Assembly: GCA_965213625.1 (NCBI GenBank)
Contig: CBDBZU010000004.1
Span: forward strand, 3,936,001 to 4,000,000
Length of the DNA: 64,000 nucleotides
Direction: 5' to 3'
From: a bacterium
GTDB taxonomy: Bacteria; UBA8248
A program made the translations under genes and the position numbers. The notes beneath the pieces were generated by a model. The model made no database searches and was not told where the DNA came from. It was given only the letters and a program-made list of their open reading frames with translations. Shown here in pieces: positions 52,345 to 61,871 of this stretch (position 1 is its first letter; each line of letters starts with the position of its first letter).

Positions 52345-53226
52345 CTACATCGCTTTCAAGGCGATGATCACTCCTCCCGCGACAACGCAGACAGTCCCCA
52401 ACAGAATGGGGAGCGTAATGCGCTCCATATCGCGCAGGAATATCCAGGAGTAAAAGAGCGCGAAAAGCGGCGCCGTGGATGAAAGCGGCGACACGACCGA
52501 AATATCCCCATACTTCAAGGCGGCGAAATGACTTAAAAACGCCAAGGTGTTGATGAGACCGCAGGGGCCATAGAAATGCCAGGCCTTTCCCCATTTGAGA
52601 GAGGGACGCTGGGGTTTTGGCAGAAACCACAAAACCGCGACCAGCGCCACCAAACCGAAAAAACTGGTGAGCGTGATGCCGAGCAGTGCGGAAGGAACAA
52701 CCTCGATCCCGATTTTTCTGAAAATGTTCGACGTGGAAAACCCCAAAACGGACAAGAGAGGCAACCAGATGGCGCGTCTGTCCCAGGGTGCGTCGCTTTT
52801 GCGCTGATAGGTAATTCCCACACAACCTAAAACGACCAGGAAAATTCCCGCCCACACATAAGGGCCCGGCCTCTCACCCAGAAAGATATAGGCGAAACCG
52901 GCTGAAAATAGCGGATTGGCCGCAAGGAGGGGAACTGCGCGTGATACGCCCAGGCGATGTATCGCCCGGAACATGAACACGCGGCCCAGCGAAGGCCCCG
53001 TGATTCCCGACAAGAAGAACCAGAACCAGGCCTCAGAATTCCAGTAGGCAGGTTCCCAGGTAAGGAAGGTCAGCGCCACCAGCCATGGAACATTCACAAT
53101 CAAGCCGATTACGACACCCGTGATGGCCGTGCCATGCTGTTGCCCGCGTCTGGCGATTAGGCTGAAAGCCGAGGACATCGACGCTGTACCCAGGGCGAAC
53201 CCCGCCGCCAGCAGCGCATCGTTCAT
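52345..53226 (-). CDS. EamA/DMT family transporter
   Basis: About 10 TM helices, LGERP, L..GD...V.PL...PLF; paralog of 55423-56304. Confidence 0.9.
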   Translation of the reverse strand: MNDALLAAGFALGTASMSSAFSLIARRGQQHGTAITGVVIGLIVNVPWLVALTFLTWEPAYWNSEAWFWFFLSGITGPSLGRVFMFRAIHRLGVSRAVPLLAANPLFSAGFAYIFLGERPGPYVWAGIFLVVLGCVGITYQRKSDAPWDRRAIWLPLLSVLGFSTSNIFRKIGIEVVPSALLGITLTSFFGLVALVAVLWFLPKPQRPSLKWGKAWHFYGPCGLINTLAFLSHFAALKYGDISVVSPLSSTAPLFALFYSWIFLRDMERITLPILLGTVCVVAGGVIIALKAM

Positions 53227-53379
53227 GGAGCATCCCCCGGCCTACAAATAAAAAAAACCAATAGGTAAAAAATGGCGCAAGGGTGATGTCATATCAGAGG
53301 AGCGGGGACAAAGCCATGTTGAAGCGAGTGACTGCAGCGTAAGAGCTCTAAAATTTACCGCCAACTCGCCCGCAGGTCG

Positions 53380-54849
53380 TCAGCCCCCTGTAATAGGCTG
53401 TGCGATGATCCACAAGCTCACCATGGTGTAACCCACCATAAGGATGAGCATCGGATATTGGCTGCGCACGGCGGCGAAGCGGTTTTCCAGCGCGCGAAGC
53501 GCCGTCACGTGCGCCAGATAGAGGGCGCATATATGGCCGATGACGATCGCAGCTATCGAAGCATACCAGGTCGCCTTGGCACCTATGATCCCGATGTCGA
53601 CCTTATACGCGGCAGTTCCCCACAGGTTCCAGCCCACTCCGAAGGGGTCCGACAGCAGCGGGATGATGCGTTGTCCCTGTATGAAGAGAAAGGAGAAATA
53701 ATGCGCCACGTGGTATCCAATCGCGATGGGAACCAGCGAGAGCACGAAAAGGCGCGCGAATTCCCTCGTGGAGAGCGTGCTCCCGCTTATCGCGCGCATC
53801 AGCATGCAGAACAGGTAGTACACACCCAGGAAGAGCGCCGGAGTCGCGATGAGCGCGATGGTATCCGCCACGAGCAGAGCGTCGCGCCCAATCCAGATGA
53901 CCGCCTCGTATAACCCTGCGCGAATTTGGTGCCAAAGCGGCGTTTCGGTAAAACCGTCGAAACTCACCGTCGCCAACATCAACACCACGAACACCACCAT
54001 GGAGTTACTCATGCCATCCGTGTTCAGCAGGCCCACAGCCGGCGGCCTCAGACGCCATTCACTTCTTCCGTTTCCACCTGTACGCGTCTCGGTGATCGAG
54101 AATCGGCCCATCACGCCAAATAAGATGGAAAACGCCTCCCCCCGCTCGAGCCACGCCTCTTTGCCGTACAGATACATTCCCGCCCACGTGATGATGGAAT
54201 ACCCGAGGGTGGCGACTGCGAGGTTGCGGGGGAGGTCGTTGTGCGGCCAGACGATCTCAGCCCAGGCGAACCACAGGAACAAACCCACAGCCGGCCACAC
54301 GCCCGGGCGCTCGGAGAACGGCTGCTCGGGTGATAGGGAAGCGCCGGGCTTGATTTTCTGGTATAGCGCCTCCGCCCAGAAAAATATGACGCTCCATGGA
54401 TTCACCAACGACCACAAATTTCCCGCCAGCGCGCACACATAAGCCAGTCCCACCCACCAGATGATCCAGACCATGGTCGGCACGATATTCTTATCCGGGT
54501 TTACGCTCCCCCAGAAGCCCGCCGCCAGGGTCACGCAGAACAATACGACTGAAAGCACTCTTATGCCCGAGAGAAAAACTCGATTTCCCATCCATGCGAA
54601 AAGGGGGGATGCGAGAAGGTCACAACTCGGATAATCCACGCTCTCTTGTTTTCTGCGCACGAAAAACCCCATGCCCAGAAACGAAAGCACTACGGATGCG
54701 CCTGCTCCGAGCATGAACAGGCCCAGCGGTACCGGCAAGTCATACCTTTGGCCGAACCCATGCGCTGACACAGAGGTTGGTAGAAAAACGACTGCGGCTG
54801 CGAGCCAAAGCCATCGGGCATGGAAGTTCATGGACTCCCCCGTCGTCAT
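53380..54849 (-). CDS. Polytopic membrane protein of the family often labelled fenitrothion hydrolase-like
   Basis: Signal peptide then HGFGQRYDLPVP, W.IWWVG, FDG, SLVPIAIGYHVAHY, GH. Confidence 0.8.
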   Translation of the reverse strand: MTTGESMNFHARWLWLAAAVVFLPTSVSAHGFGQRYDLPVPLGLFMLGAGASVVLSFLGMGFFVRRKQESVDYPSCDLLASPLFAWMGNRVFLSGIRVLSVVLFCVTLAAGFWGSVNPDKNIVPTMVWIIWWVGLAYVCALAGNLWSLVNPWSVIFFWAEALYQKIKPGASLSPEQPFSERPGVWPAVGLFLWFAWAEIVWPHNDLPRNLAVATLGYSIITWAGMYLYGKEAWLERGEAFSILFGVMGRFSITETRTGGNGRSEWRLRPPAVGLLNTDGMSNSMVVFVVLMLATVSFDGFTETPLWHQIRAGLYEAVIWIGRDALLVADTIALIATPALFLGVYYLFCMLMRAISGSTLSTREFARLFVLSLVPIAIGYHVAHYFSFLFIQGQRIIPLLSDPFGVGWNLWGTAAYKVDIGIIGAKATWYASIAAIVIGHICALYLAHVTALRALENRFAAVRSQYPMLILMVGYTMVSLWIIAQPITGG

Positions 54850-55286
54850 GGATGCACTTCCAGGTAGAACAATACCTTCTCGCCGTGGCCGCCGCTTTTT
54901 TTCTGCCCGTGGGAGTGAGCACCATGCACTGTTACGGGAAACCGGCCCGCCACTTTGGCCCGAAACGCCATCACGGCCACCCCGCCCGGAGAAACGGTCT
55001 TTTCGATGTCGTAGCCGTGGAGATGGACTTCGGTGGTTTTGTCGGCCATCAGATTCAGCCTGACCTCATCGCCTTGATTCACGCGAATCACTTTATGGTC
55101 TCCCTGAATCTCTCCTCCAGCGATTTTAAGGGTGATGCCGTTCTTCGCCTCGCCTTTCATGGGAGAATCCTTCATCACCGGCTTGCCCCCATGCTGGACG
55201 TGGCCCTTATTCGCACTCTGGGCGGGCATTGCCTGACAAAAAGCAATCAGTGCGAAAACGCAAAATACCTTGCAAATGAACTTCAT
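54846..55286 (-). CDS. Exported cupredoxin-like His-rich protein
   Basis: Signal peptide; IRV.QGD.V.L, EVHLHGYD, G.F....H, LEV.P; ATGA overlap with the next gene. Confidence 0.78.
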   Translation of the reverse strand: MKFICKVFCVFALIAFCQAMPAQSANKGHVQHGGKPVMKDSPMKGEAKNGITLKIAGGEIQGDHKVIRVNQGDEVRLNLMADKTTEVHLHGYDIEKTVSPGGVAVMAFRAKVAGRFPVTVHGAHSHGQKKSGGHGEKVLFYLEVHP

Positions 55287-55422
55287 ATCCACTCCTCCCC
55301 CCGAGCAATCTTGGCAAGAATGAATCCTCTTTACCTGCCATAGGAAATGATAGATTGGCGACGCGCGAAGTAAAAAACTGTGCTCGGCCTCACTATACCA
55401 GAACAGGCCGAAACCCGTCTCT

Positions 55423-56304
55423 TCAGAGTGCGCGGCCGGCCACGAGCGCACCACCCACGACGACCGCCAGCGTGCCCAGTAGAATCGGCCAGGTGATGCG
55501 CTCGATCTTGCGCAAGAAAATGGCCGTGAGCAGCAATGCCCATAAGGGAGCGGTGGCGGCGAGCGGAATCACGATGGTGAGGTCTCCGTAATGAAGCCCA
55601 TAGAGATGCAGGAGAACCGAAAGGGCGTTCAGCGAGCCTCCAATGCTGTACGTCACCCACGCTTTTTTGACCAACAGGGAAGGCCGTAAGCCAGGCGGCA
55701 GATACTGCCCGAAGACATAGAGGAAGACTCCCCCCGAGACACTCATGATCGATATGCCCAATAAAGGGTTGGGCGATGCGCTAACGCCGAGTTTTCGCAG
55801 CATGTGCGAGATAGAGAAGAACACCACGCTCCCTAGCGCGACAAGCAGGTATTCTCCCCGAATGGGCTGAGCCTCCCCTCTTTTCGCTGTAATTCCGATA
55901 CACCCCAAAACGATGAGCACCGTCCCCGCCAGAATGAACGGTCCAGGCCTCTCGCCCAGGATGAGGATGCCGATTATCGCCGAGAAAAGCGGCATGGTTG
56001 AGTTGAGCGGTACTGCGCGCGCCACGCCCATCAGATGAATCGAATGAAAAAAGCACACCCTTCCCACGGCGGGCCCCACGATGCCGGCCAGCGCGAAGAA
56101 CAACCAACCCAGAGGCTGATAGTGGACTGGTTCCCACGTCCAGACTGCGCCCGCGAGCAACGGCGGCAAGGAAACGATGATCCCGATGAGAACGCCCGAA
56201 ACCGCGTTCGCGTGCCGCTGCCCGCTTCTCACGAACAGGGTGAAAGAACCGACCACGAGCGCCGTGGAAAGCGAAAAGAGAACCGAGAGGGTGATGGTGG
56301 TCAT
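55423..56304 (-). CDS. EamA/DMT family transporter
   Basis: About 10 TM helices; similar to 52345-53226 (GP..GRV, GV.RAVPL, LGERPGP, ERIT). Confidence 0.9.
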   Translation of the reverse strand: MTTITLSVLFSLSTALVVGSFTLFVRSGQRHANAVSGVLIGIIVSLPPLLAGAVWTWEPVHYQPLGWLFFALAGIVGPAVGRVCFFHSIHLMGVARAVPLNSTMPLFSAIIGILILGERPGPFILAGTVLIVLGCIGITAKRGEAQPIRGEYLLVALGSVVFFSISHMLRKLGVSASPNPLLGISIMSVSGGVFLYVFGQYLPPGLRPSLLVKKAWVTYSIGGSLNALSVLLHLYGLHYGDLTIVIPLAATAPLWALLLTAIFLRKIERITWPILLGTLAVVVGGALVAGRAL

Positions 56305-56351
56305 TCAGAATACGCCTTTGCACCAAAAACCAGAACTGTGAGGTGAAAAAT

Positions 56352-58391
56352 CTATACCCCTGCCATCTCGCAGGGGGCGTAGTGAGAAAAGCGCATGGTG
56401 TAGGTGGCGCGGCCCTGGGTAGCGGAGCGCAGGGAGGTAGCGTAGCCGAAAACCTTGGCGAGGGGCACCGAGGCGCGCACAACGCTCACAGGCGAAGCGC
56501 CGCCGCGTTCTTCAACACCGGACACCTTGCCGTCGCGCGCGTTGATGTCGCCGATGATTCCGCCCAGAAACTCACCAGGCGCCACGACTTCCACCGACAT
56601 GACGGGTTCCAAAAGCTGCCCACCCGCTGCGCGGCAGGCTTCGGTGAACGCGTTCGCCGCCGCAATGGAGAAGGCGGCCTCCGTGGCGCGCTCCGCGTCA
56701 TAGCCCGCCTCGAGCAAGGTGACACCCACGTCGGTCATCTCATAGCCCGCCATGGCGCCGCTCGAAGTAGACGCCCGCAGCGACTCCAACGCAGCGGCAA
56801 TCAGATTGTCAGGAATAGACGTGTTGCCCACTGCACTCTTGCACGAGACGCCTCCGCCGGGTCTGGGTACCACACCCACGCGCACCCTTGCGAACTGGGG
56901 CTCACCGGCCAATTCCCTGTCGAAGGTGGCCTCCGCCTCGGCTTTTTTCGCTAACGTCTCGCGGTAGACCACGCGAGGCGCGCCGACCCGAACGTTCACG
57001 CCGAAGTCCTCGTCTATCCGGCGTGTGAGCACCTCCAGATGAAGCTCGCCCATGCCGCTCATCACCGTCTGGCCGGATTCGGAATCCACTCTCACCTGAA
57101 ACGTCGGGTCTTCTGCCTGGAGTTTCGCCAGAGTCTCGCCCAGTTTCTTGGTCCCAGTGGCGTCCCTGGGTTCAATCGCAACCGAGATGACGGGCTGGGG
57201 CGCGAGAATCGACTCGTAGGCTATCGGCTCTTTGCGGTCACAAAGGGTATCCCCCGTAGCCGCATCCTTCATCCCGGCCGCCGCAACGATGTCGCCAGTC
57301 CCCACGGCATCGAGACGCTCGCGCTTGTGGGAATACATCCTGAACAACCGGGCGAAACGTTCGCTGTCTTCCCTCGCGGGGTTCCAGAGGCTCTCGCCCA
57401 CTTTGGCCCCGCCGCTGTACACCCGCAGATATGTGAGTCGCCTGCCCCCATCGATTTGAACCTTGAAGACCAGAGCGGAGAAAGGCGCATCTTCGGCAGG
57501 CGGACGGGTGATCGGCTCATTTTCACCCGGAGCAAAACCGATCGCGGACGGTGCATCCACCGGGGAGGGTAAAAAATCCAGTACGGCGTCCAGCAGTGGC
57601 TGCACCCCTTTATTCTTCAAGGATGAACCGCAAAAAACGGGTACGAGTTCGCACGCGAGAACAGCGCGCCGCAAACCCGCCTTGAGCGCTTCGGTATCGA
57701 TGGTGTTTCCTTCCAGATACGCCTCCATCACGGAATCGTCATGCTCCGCTACGGCTTCGATGAGGTCTTCTCTCAACTCCTCTGCTTTTTCCTTGAACTT
57801 CTCCGGGAGTTCGCTACGATTGGGTTCTCCCCCCTCCCAGGTGAGAAAATCACCGCTAAGCGCCTCCACCTGACCCGTATAGGCCTCACCCTCCCCATCT
57901 GGCCAGTGCATGAGTACGGGCCTGGCCCCTAATTTTTCGACCATCATCTCGACGGTTCTTTCGAAATCCGCACCCAGACGATCCAGCTTGTTGATGAAAG
58001 CGAGCCTGGGCACGCCGAACTTGTCCGCTTGTCGCCATACAGTCTCGCTCTGCGGCTCTACGCCTTCTACTGCACTGAAGATTGCGATTGCGCCATCGAG
58101 CACGCGCAGGCTTCTTTCCACCTCGATCGTGAAATCCACGTGGCCTGGAGTATCGATGATGGTAATCTCATGATCCTTCCAGGTGGTGGTGATGGCTGCG
58201 GAGGTGATGGTGATGCCTCGTTCGCGCTCCTGGCTCATCCAGTCCATTGTGGCCGAACCCTCATCCACCTCACCGATCCGGTGTACGGCTCCCGAGTAGA
58301 ACAACATGCGTTCGGTGGTCGTCGTCTTTCCGGCGTCGATGTGGGAGATGATGCCGATGTTTCTTCTCATATCGAGCGCGGGGCGCTTCAT
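56352..58391 (-). CDS. Second elongation factor G paralog (EF-G2)
   Basis: [31 protein letters not shown]; divergent domain IV. Confidence 0.93.
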   Translation of the reverse strand: MKRPALDMRRNIGIISHIDAGKTTTTERMLFYSGAVHRIGEVDEGSATMDWMSQERERGITITSAAITTTWKDHEITIIDTPGHVDFTIEVERSLRVLDGAIAIFSAVEGVEPQSETVWRQADKFGVPRLAFINKLDRLGADFERTVEMMVEKLGARPVLMHWPDGEGEAYTGQVEALSGDFLTWEGGEPNRSELPEKFKEKAEELREDLIEAVAEHDDSVMEAYLEGNTIDTEALKAGLRRAVLACELVPVFCGSSLKNKGVQPLLDAVLDFLPSPVDAPSAIGFAPGENEPITRPPAEDAPFSALVFKVQIDGGRRLTYLRVYSGGAKVGESLWNPAREDSERFARLFRMYSHKRERLDAVGTGDIVAAAGMKDAATGDTLCDRKEPIAYESILAPQPVISVAIEPRDATGTKKLGETLAKLQAEDPTFQVRVDSESGQTVMSGMGELHLEVLTRRIDEDFGVNVRVGAPRVVYRETLAKKAEAEATFDRELAGEPQFARVRVGVVPRPGGGVSCKSAVGNTSIPDNLIAAALESLRASTSSGAMAGYEMTDVGVTLLEAGYDAERATEAAFSIAAANAFTEACRAAGGQLLEPVMSVEVVAPGEFLGGIIGDINARDGKVSGVEERGGASPVSVVRASVPLAKVFGYATSLRSATQGRATYTMRFSHYAPCEMAGV

Positions 58392-58463
58392 CGGAAAATC
58401 CTCATTTTGAGAAAACTGAAGCGCAGATTACCTTGGTAGGGAGAAGTTGGGAAAGTCCGAGAC

Positions 58464-58499
58464 AAAAAAAGTGGTGGCTGGAAACCAGCCACCACTTTT
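58464..58499 (-). terminator. Intrinsic terminator after the cold-shock gene
   Basis: AAAAGTGGTGGCTGG-AAA-CCAGCCCACCACTTTT hairpin with T7 on the minus strand. Confidence 0.8.
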
Positions 58500-58519
58500 C
58501 TGAAACGCCGGGTAAAGCT

Positions 58520-58723
58520 TTAGAGCTTGACGACGTTTTGCGCCTGAAGCCCTTTGGGGCCCTGGGCGACTTCGAACGAAACTTGATCGTCCTCGCTCAA
58601 GGATTTGAATCCTTCCGCCTGTATGGCCGTGTGATGGACAAACAAATCCTCACCACCATCCTCGGGCGTGATGAAACCATATCCTTTTGCATCGTTGAAC
58701 CACTTCACTGTTCCTGTTGACAT
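58520..58723 (-). CDS. Cold-shock protein (CspA family)
   Basis: [26 protein letters not shown]. Confidence 0.97.
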   Translation of the reverse strand: MSTGTVKWFNDAKGYGFITPEDGGEDLFVHHTAIQAEGFKSLSEDDQVSFEVAQGPKGLQAQNVVKL

Positions 58724-58857
58724 ACACTTCCTCAAAAAAAAAGAAACTGAACTGGGGGGATGTAATGATGAATGGAGTGTCTCTCTGAAGGGAATCTTCA
58801 TTCGTCCTGCATACCCACAAACCTTTTACTCACACCTGTTGTGAGAAAAGACACCAA

Positions 58858-58886
58858 ACCCTACCAGATACCCCTAACATTCGCAA
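58858..58886 (-). promoter_or_regulatory. Possible csp promoter giving a ~130-nt 5' UTR
   Basis: TTGCGA-17-TAGGGT with TGn extension. Confidence 0.4.
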
Positions 58887-59139
58887 GGGGTAAAAAATAT
58901 AGATATACAATCGTTTGCGCCATGCAGCTTGCATGACGAAAACGCGATTTCTCTCCAGGGTTTCGGAAATACATGGACCAAGGCAGAACAAGGGATGGTA
59001 TTCTGGAATCTCCCCATCCCTCATGCCGCCTACGGGCGATGCCCCGCTAATCACAGGGCCGAGCGGAGAAAGCGGCGTAAGCGCATCAGGGAGAAGCGAT
59101 GCGCTTGCCTGGACCGTTGCGCCCAGGCGAGGGAGGGAA

Positions 59140-59361
59140 TCAGGCAGCTTCGGGGGTTTTTGGCTCCCATGTTTCGAACGGAAGTTCGGGCTCGGGCGTA
59201 AGTCTCGATTCGAGTTCCTCTTGTCGGCTGCGCCAATCCTCATATGAGATTTGACCTTGCAGATAGAGGGCGAGATTCCGCATGCAGGCTTGATGAACGT
59301 GCTTCGAGATCTGGCTCGTCCCATGTGTCTTGTATCCTGATCTTTGAGCTCTCATCGCCAT
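59140..59361 (-). CDS. Small hypothetical protein (73 aa)
   Basis: AAAGGAGG RBS 6 nt before ATG; upstream TTGCAC-17-TATATT (59547-59519). Confidence 0.6.
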   Translation of the reverse strand: MAMRAQRSGYKTHGTSQISKHVHQACMRNLALYLQGQISYEDWRSRQEELESRLTPEPELPFETWEPKTPEAA

Positions 59362-59679
59362 GACGGGCCTCCTTTAAAGCTTCTCCTCCTACTTAGAGGA
59401 GAATGGTTCTTTAGTCTATATATAGTACCTCTCATACATTTTCGCACTACATTTTGTGTTAAAATTATGTTAAAAAATTGTGGCTATATGGAGAATTTTT
59501 ATTTTCTCCAATTGTACGAATATAATACGAAAATGCGGGGAGTGCAACCCTTTTTTCTTTCTAATTTGCCTAGCGCCACCATTTCAGTATGTTAAGATAT
59601 TATTATTTATGTTTTCCATTCATTTCTGTAGGACGAAATTCTTGGTCCAGAACTAGTGCAAAGGTGAAAAGGACTCGCC

Positions 59680-60546
59680 GTGATCTTGAGAAATATTTCA
59701 AAAAATATCCTCCACGGTGTTTTTTTTCTCTTCATTTCAACATTTCTGCTCGCAGGATGCGCCGCAGACCATGAAACGAAAACCCCTCGGGGAGAGTTGA
59801 TTCGCGAATGGTTCATGGAATTTCCATGGGGCCGCGTGGAGGCATATGCCGTTTGGCCTCCTGACAGTGGGCATTTTCCCGAGAAACGCTACCCGGCGAT
59901 TCTCCTCCTCCACGGTGCGGACGCCCGGGCCCAAAGATTCAGGCGCGCCATGCTGGATCACGTACAAGATGGCTTCATATTGATGAGCATCTCACTGCCC
60001 GGTTTCGGTGAATCTACCGGTCCGGAAGATTTCGCAGGCCCCAAAAGCGTGCAGGCCACACTGGGCGCAATCCGTTATCTAAGCGCAAGTGAGAAAATCA
60101 GAAAAGACGGCATTTTCGTCTATGGCATCGGCCAAGGCGCTTCGACCGCCGCCCTCGCGGCCGCGAGGAGCGTGAAAATTTCGGGTCTCATTCTTGAAAA
60201 CGGATTTTACGACCTAGAGAAGACCCTCCCGCTCTTAACCCAAAAACAGAAGAGCAGAATACGTGCGCTGCTCGGCGGTACGCCCGCTCAAAAAAATCAT
60301 GCCTACCGAGAACGCTCCCCTATCCGGGTGGCGGGTAAAGTTAAGACCGCGGTATTGCTTCTCCACAGCCAAGGTGGACCCTACCCACTCGACGACGCCG
60401 AGGCTTTCCAAAAAACCATCGCGGAAAAAGGAGGGGTTGCAGAATTACAAAGAATAAAAAACCAGGGCCCATTCGAATCACTCACACACCCCAACACCGC
60501 GAAGTGGGTCATCCCTTTCATCAAGAAAATACTCAAAACGCGCTAA
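59680..60546 (+). CDS. Alpha/beta-hydrolase-fold lipoprotein (S9-like), catalytic Ser absent
   Basis: LAGC lipobox, P.ILLLHG, PGFGESTG, GIGQG elbow, RSP. Confidence 0.8.
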   Translation: MILRNISKNILHGVFFLFISTFLLAGCAADHETKTPRGELIREWFMEFPWGRVEAYAVWPPDSGHFPEKRYPAILLLHGADARAQRFRRAMLDHVQDGFILMSISLPGFGESTGPEDFAGPKSVQATLGAIRYLSASEKIRKDGIFVYGIGQGASTAALAAARSVKISGLILENGFYDLEKTLPLLTQKQKSRIRALLGGTPAQKNHAYRERSPIRVAGKVKTAVLLLHSQGGPYPLDDAEAFQKTIAEKGGVAELQRIKNQGPFESLTHPNTAKWVIPFIKKILKTR

Positions 60547-60559
60547 ACTGAAATATCTT

Positions 60560-61693
60560 CTAGACTTTCTCCCAGGATTCGATTCTGGCCAAGCGATCGT
60601 AAACCGGGGGGTGCGAATGAAAGAGCGCAACCACCCAGCCGGGCGGATCGGGATCCGTCAGGTTTTGTTTGCACAACTTGACGAGGGCGGAAGACAAACC
60701 GCCCCGCGCTTCGGCGTATTCGGTGGAATAGCGATCGCAGTGGTATTCAAAAGCGCGTGAAATCACGAGAAACAAAGGAGACACGACCGCTCCCAGGAGA
60801 CTCAGCACAATCCATAAAACCACGACGCAAGCGGACTCTCCGGGCTGCACGAGAGCAGGGTCCACCCAATTCCCCAGCCATTCCAGTGCGTAGCTCGAGG
60901 TATACATCCCGAAAACAAGCATTACACTTTTCATTGCAATAAGAGCCGGGATGTGACGACTCACGTGATGCGCGATTTCATGGGCGAGGATCGCTTCGAT
61001 CTCATCGGGCGTGAAATCGAGCAGGGTATCGGAGAGCACCACCCGCCGGGATGGACCCCAACCGACAAGAGCAGCGTTCGCCGTCTTGCTCTTTGAACTC
61101 ATATCCATCTCCCACACGCCGCCGTACACATTCGCCCTCGTTCTCTCCAGTAAGGCGAGGAGCCGCTCCTTGAGGTCTTCATCTTCCAGGGGCTTGAAAC
61201 GGAAGAAAATGGGCGCGAGCAGTACCGGAGCGATGAGGGAGATAAATATGACCAGCAAGACCGAAGCCAGCGCGGCTATCCACCACCAATCGGCCGGCCA
61301 CGTGGTCATGATCATCAAAAAAATACCGCTGGCCGAGCCACCCAAAAACAGCAAAAGCGCAATCCCCTTGCATCTGTCCCAACACCAGCCAACTGGTGAT
61401 TGGTTCGATAAATTCTCCCGGAGGGCGAGCTTGTAGCCCCCGTAGAAGTCAAAGGGTAAAGAGACCAGTGTTTTCGAGAGGGCAATGAGAGAGAAAGTAG
61501 CAAATCCACTCACGAACGCTCCGTCCGCAGGCTTCCCGGCCTCTGCGCCCAGATACCAGAACAAAAACGCGAGCACGACGCCGAACTCGAGGGCGGAGGA
61601 CGTCAACCCCGCATACAAGCGCCGCATCTGATACAACCTCGCGCGCCTGAGGAAATCATCCTCGAAAACAGGAAATCCGTCGATATTCCGCAT
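60560..61693 (-). CDS. M48 (Ste24-like) zinc metallopeptidase
   Basis: TM helices, ANAA..G, DTLL, LAHEIAH, SRAFEY..D, SHPP..R. Confidence 0.92.
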   Translation of the reverse strand: MRNIDGFPVFEDDFLRRARLYQMRRLYAGLTSSALEFGVVLAFLFWYLGAEAGKPADGAFVSGFATFSLIALSKTLVSLPFDFYGGYKLALRENLSNQSPVGWCWDRCKGIALLLFLGGSASGIFLMIMTTWPADWWWIAALASVLLVIFISLIAPVLLAPIFFRFKPLEDEDLKERLLALLERTRANVYGGVWEMDMSSKSKTANAALVGWGPSRRVVLSDTLLDFTPDEIEAILAHEIAHHVSRHIPALIAMKSVMLVFGMYTSSYALEWLGNWVDPALVQPGESACVVVLWIVLSLLGAVVSPLFLVISRAFEYHCDRYSTEYAEARGGLSSALVKLCKQNLTDPDPPGWVVALFHSHPPVYDRLARIESWEKV

Positions 61694-61871
61694 GTCGGCT
61701 CAGTCTATGGTCGTGTGCGATGGTTCAAAAAAGCTGGAAAATGACAAGTCGATAATTTGGCAAATCACTTGCGAATATGCAAATATACTCTCCACCAAGT
61801 GGATTATAAAAAACCGAGTGTTTAATACCCGACTCCCGGAGACGGGGGCCGGAAGCCGGGGGGTCCATTCT

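Noticed and set aside
36077-59421. Peptide RGEWFFSLY encoded at both 36077-36103 and 59395-59421, with only synonymous differences
   Set aside because: Both host ORFs look spurious (one overlaps repeats, the other an antisense RBS/promoter region) and similarity stops after 9 codons; treated as coincidence
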